Of a stretch of 35,237 bases of DNA, positions 34,787-35,237 are shown piece after piece. This DNA is from Bacteroidales bacterium. Lineage in GTDB: Bacteria > Bacteroidota > Bacteroidia > Bacteroidales > JAIORY01. The notes beneath the pieces are model-generated. The model ran no database searches, had not been told where the DNA came from, and was given only the letters and a program-made list of their open reading frames with translations. Made by a program: the position numbers and the translations under genes. Numbering within the stretch: position 1 is the first letter of the stretch; each line of letters begins with the position of its first letter. The stretch lies in the NCBI GenBank assembly GCA_030630005.1, contig DAOVNY010000002.1:1-35237 (forward strand), in the 5' to 3' direction.

Positions 34787-35237
34787 TTAATACCCGCCAC
34801 CTCTTCGTCTAAAAAACCATTCTGCAGTTAAAAATGCAAGAATAATAAAAATTATCCAATATACATCTATCAGTTCAGTAAAGCGTTTTTGTGAATACGT
34901 TATTGAGCTAATATCCTCTCTTTCATCAATTATTTTTACAATATCATTGATTTGATGAGGGTAAAACATTTCACCACCTGTGTTTTTGGCTAATTTAAAC
35001 AACAAATTATGATCGGCAATTAGTCTGAGTGTTTCAATATTCAAGGGTGTAATGATGAACTCGCCATTTTCCTTAAATACTTGTCCGTCAACATTCACTT
35101 TTGCAAGATAATCATAAGAATCAGGCTGCAATCTACCTGCATTCAAATTGTATGCTTTTTCACTCCTGCCAAAAACAAAAGGATATTTTTTTCCTTCTTC
35201 GTTAAGAATAACCATTTCAACTTCAGGGTCATTTATC
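34787..35237 (-). CDS. Hypothetical protein, C-terminal part only, with C-terminal membrane anchor
   Basis: The reading frame stays open to the window end. C-terminal hydrophobic helix WIIFIILAFLTAEWFF is followed by RRRGGGY. No catalytic motif recognised. Confidence 0.5.
   Translation of the reverse strand, partial: INDPEVEMVILNEEGKKYPFVFGRSEKAYNLNAGRLQPDSYDYLAKVNVDGQVFKENGEFIITPLNIETLRLIADHNLLFKLAKNTGGEMFYPHQINDIVKIIDEREDISSITYSQKRFTELIDVYWIIFIILAFLTAEWFFRRRGGGY

Overview
AT-rich window (sampled 60-mers range from about 22% to 48% GC). Almost no gene has a Shine-Dalgarno sequence, and dnaA is followed by an LMW-PTP-like gene and an RsmI-like methyltransferase gene. I read this as a Bacteroidota-like chromosome; that is inference, since no search was possible. 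About 20 kb (7789-27798) is one dense locus for molybdenum-hydroxylase-based purine or uric-acid catabolism. It recapitulates the E. coli xdh / ygeW-ygeY-hyuA / mocA-ygfK-ssnA-xdhD region: XdhC, XdhA, XdhB, a P-loop NTPase, MocA, YgfK, two fold-type-II PLP enzymes, a [2Fe-2S]-fused hydroxylase of the selenium-dependent type, SsnA, HyuA, YgeW and YgeY. It has no YgeX, carbamate kinase, YqeB, YqeC, YgfM or SelD in the window. Left flank: a partial DUF3298 protein, a PiT phosphate transporter, a chimeric SLOG/YpsA-like gene fragment, an orphan membrane-anchored protein, prmC, and an overlapping uridine-kinase-like plus sucrose-phosphate-synthase-like pair. Right flank: yigZ, dnaA, an LMW-PTP homologue lacking both catalytic residues, a TP-methylase, a sugar transferase, an M48 peptidase, a DUF218 protein and a partial ORF. 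Intergenic spacers carry short tandem 8-10 nt repeats (TTGAATGA arrays, CACnGATT-type motifs) and small palindromes. No tRNA, rRNA, CRISPR, transposase or integrase was seen. All family assignments rest on motifs read by eye.
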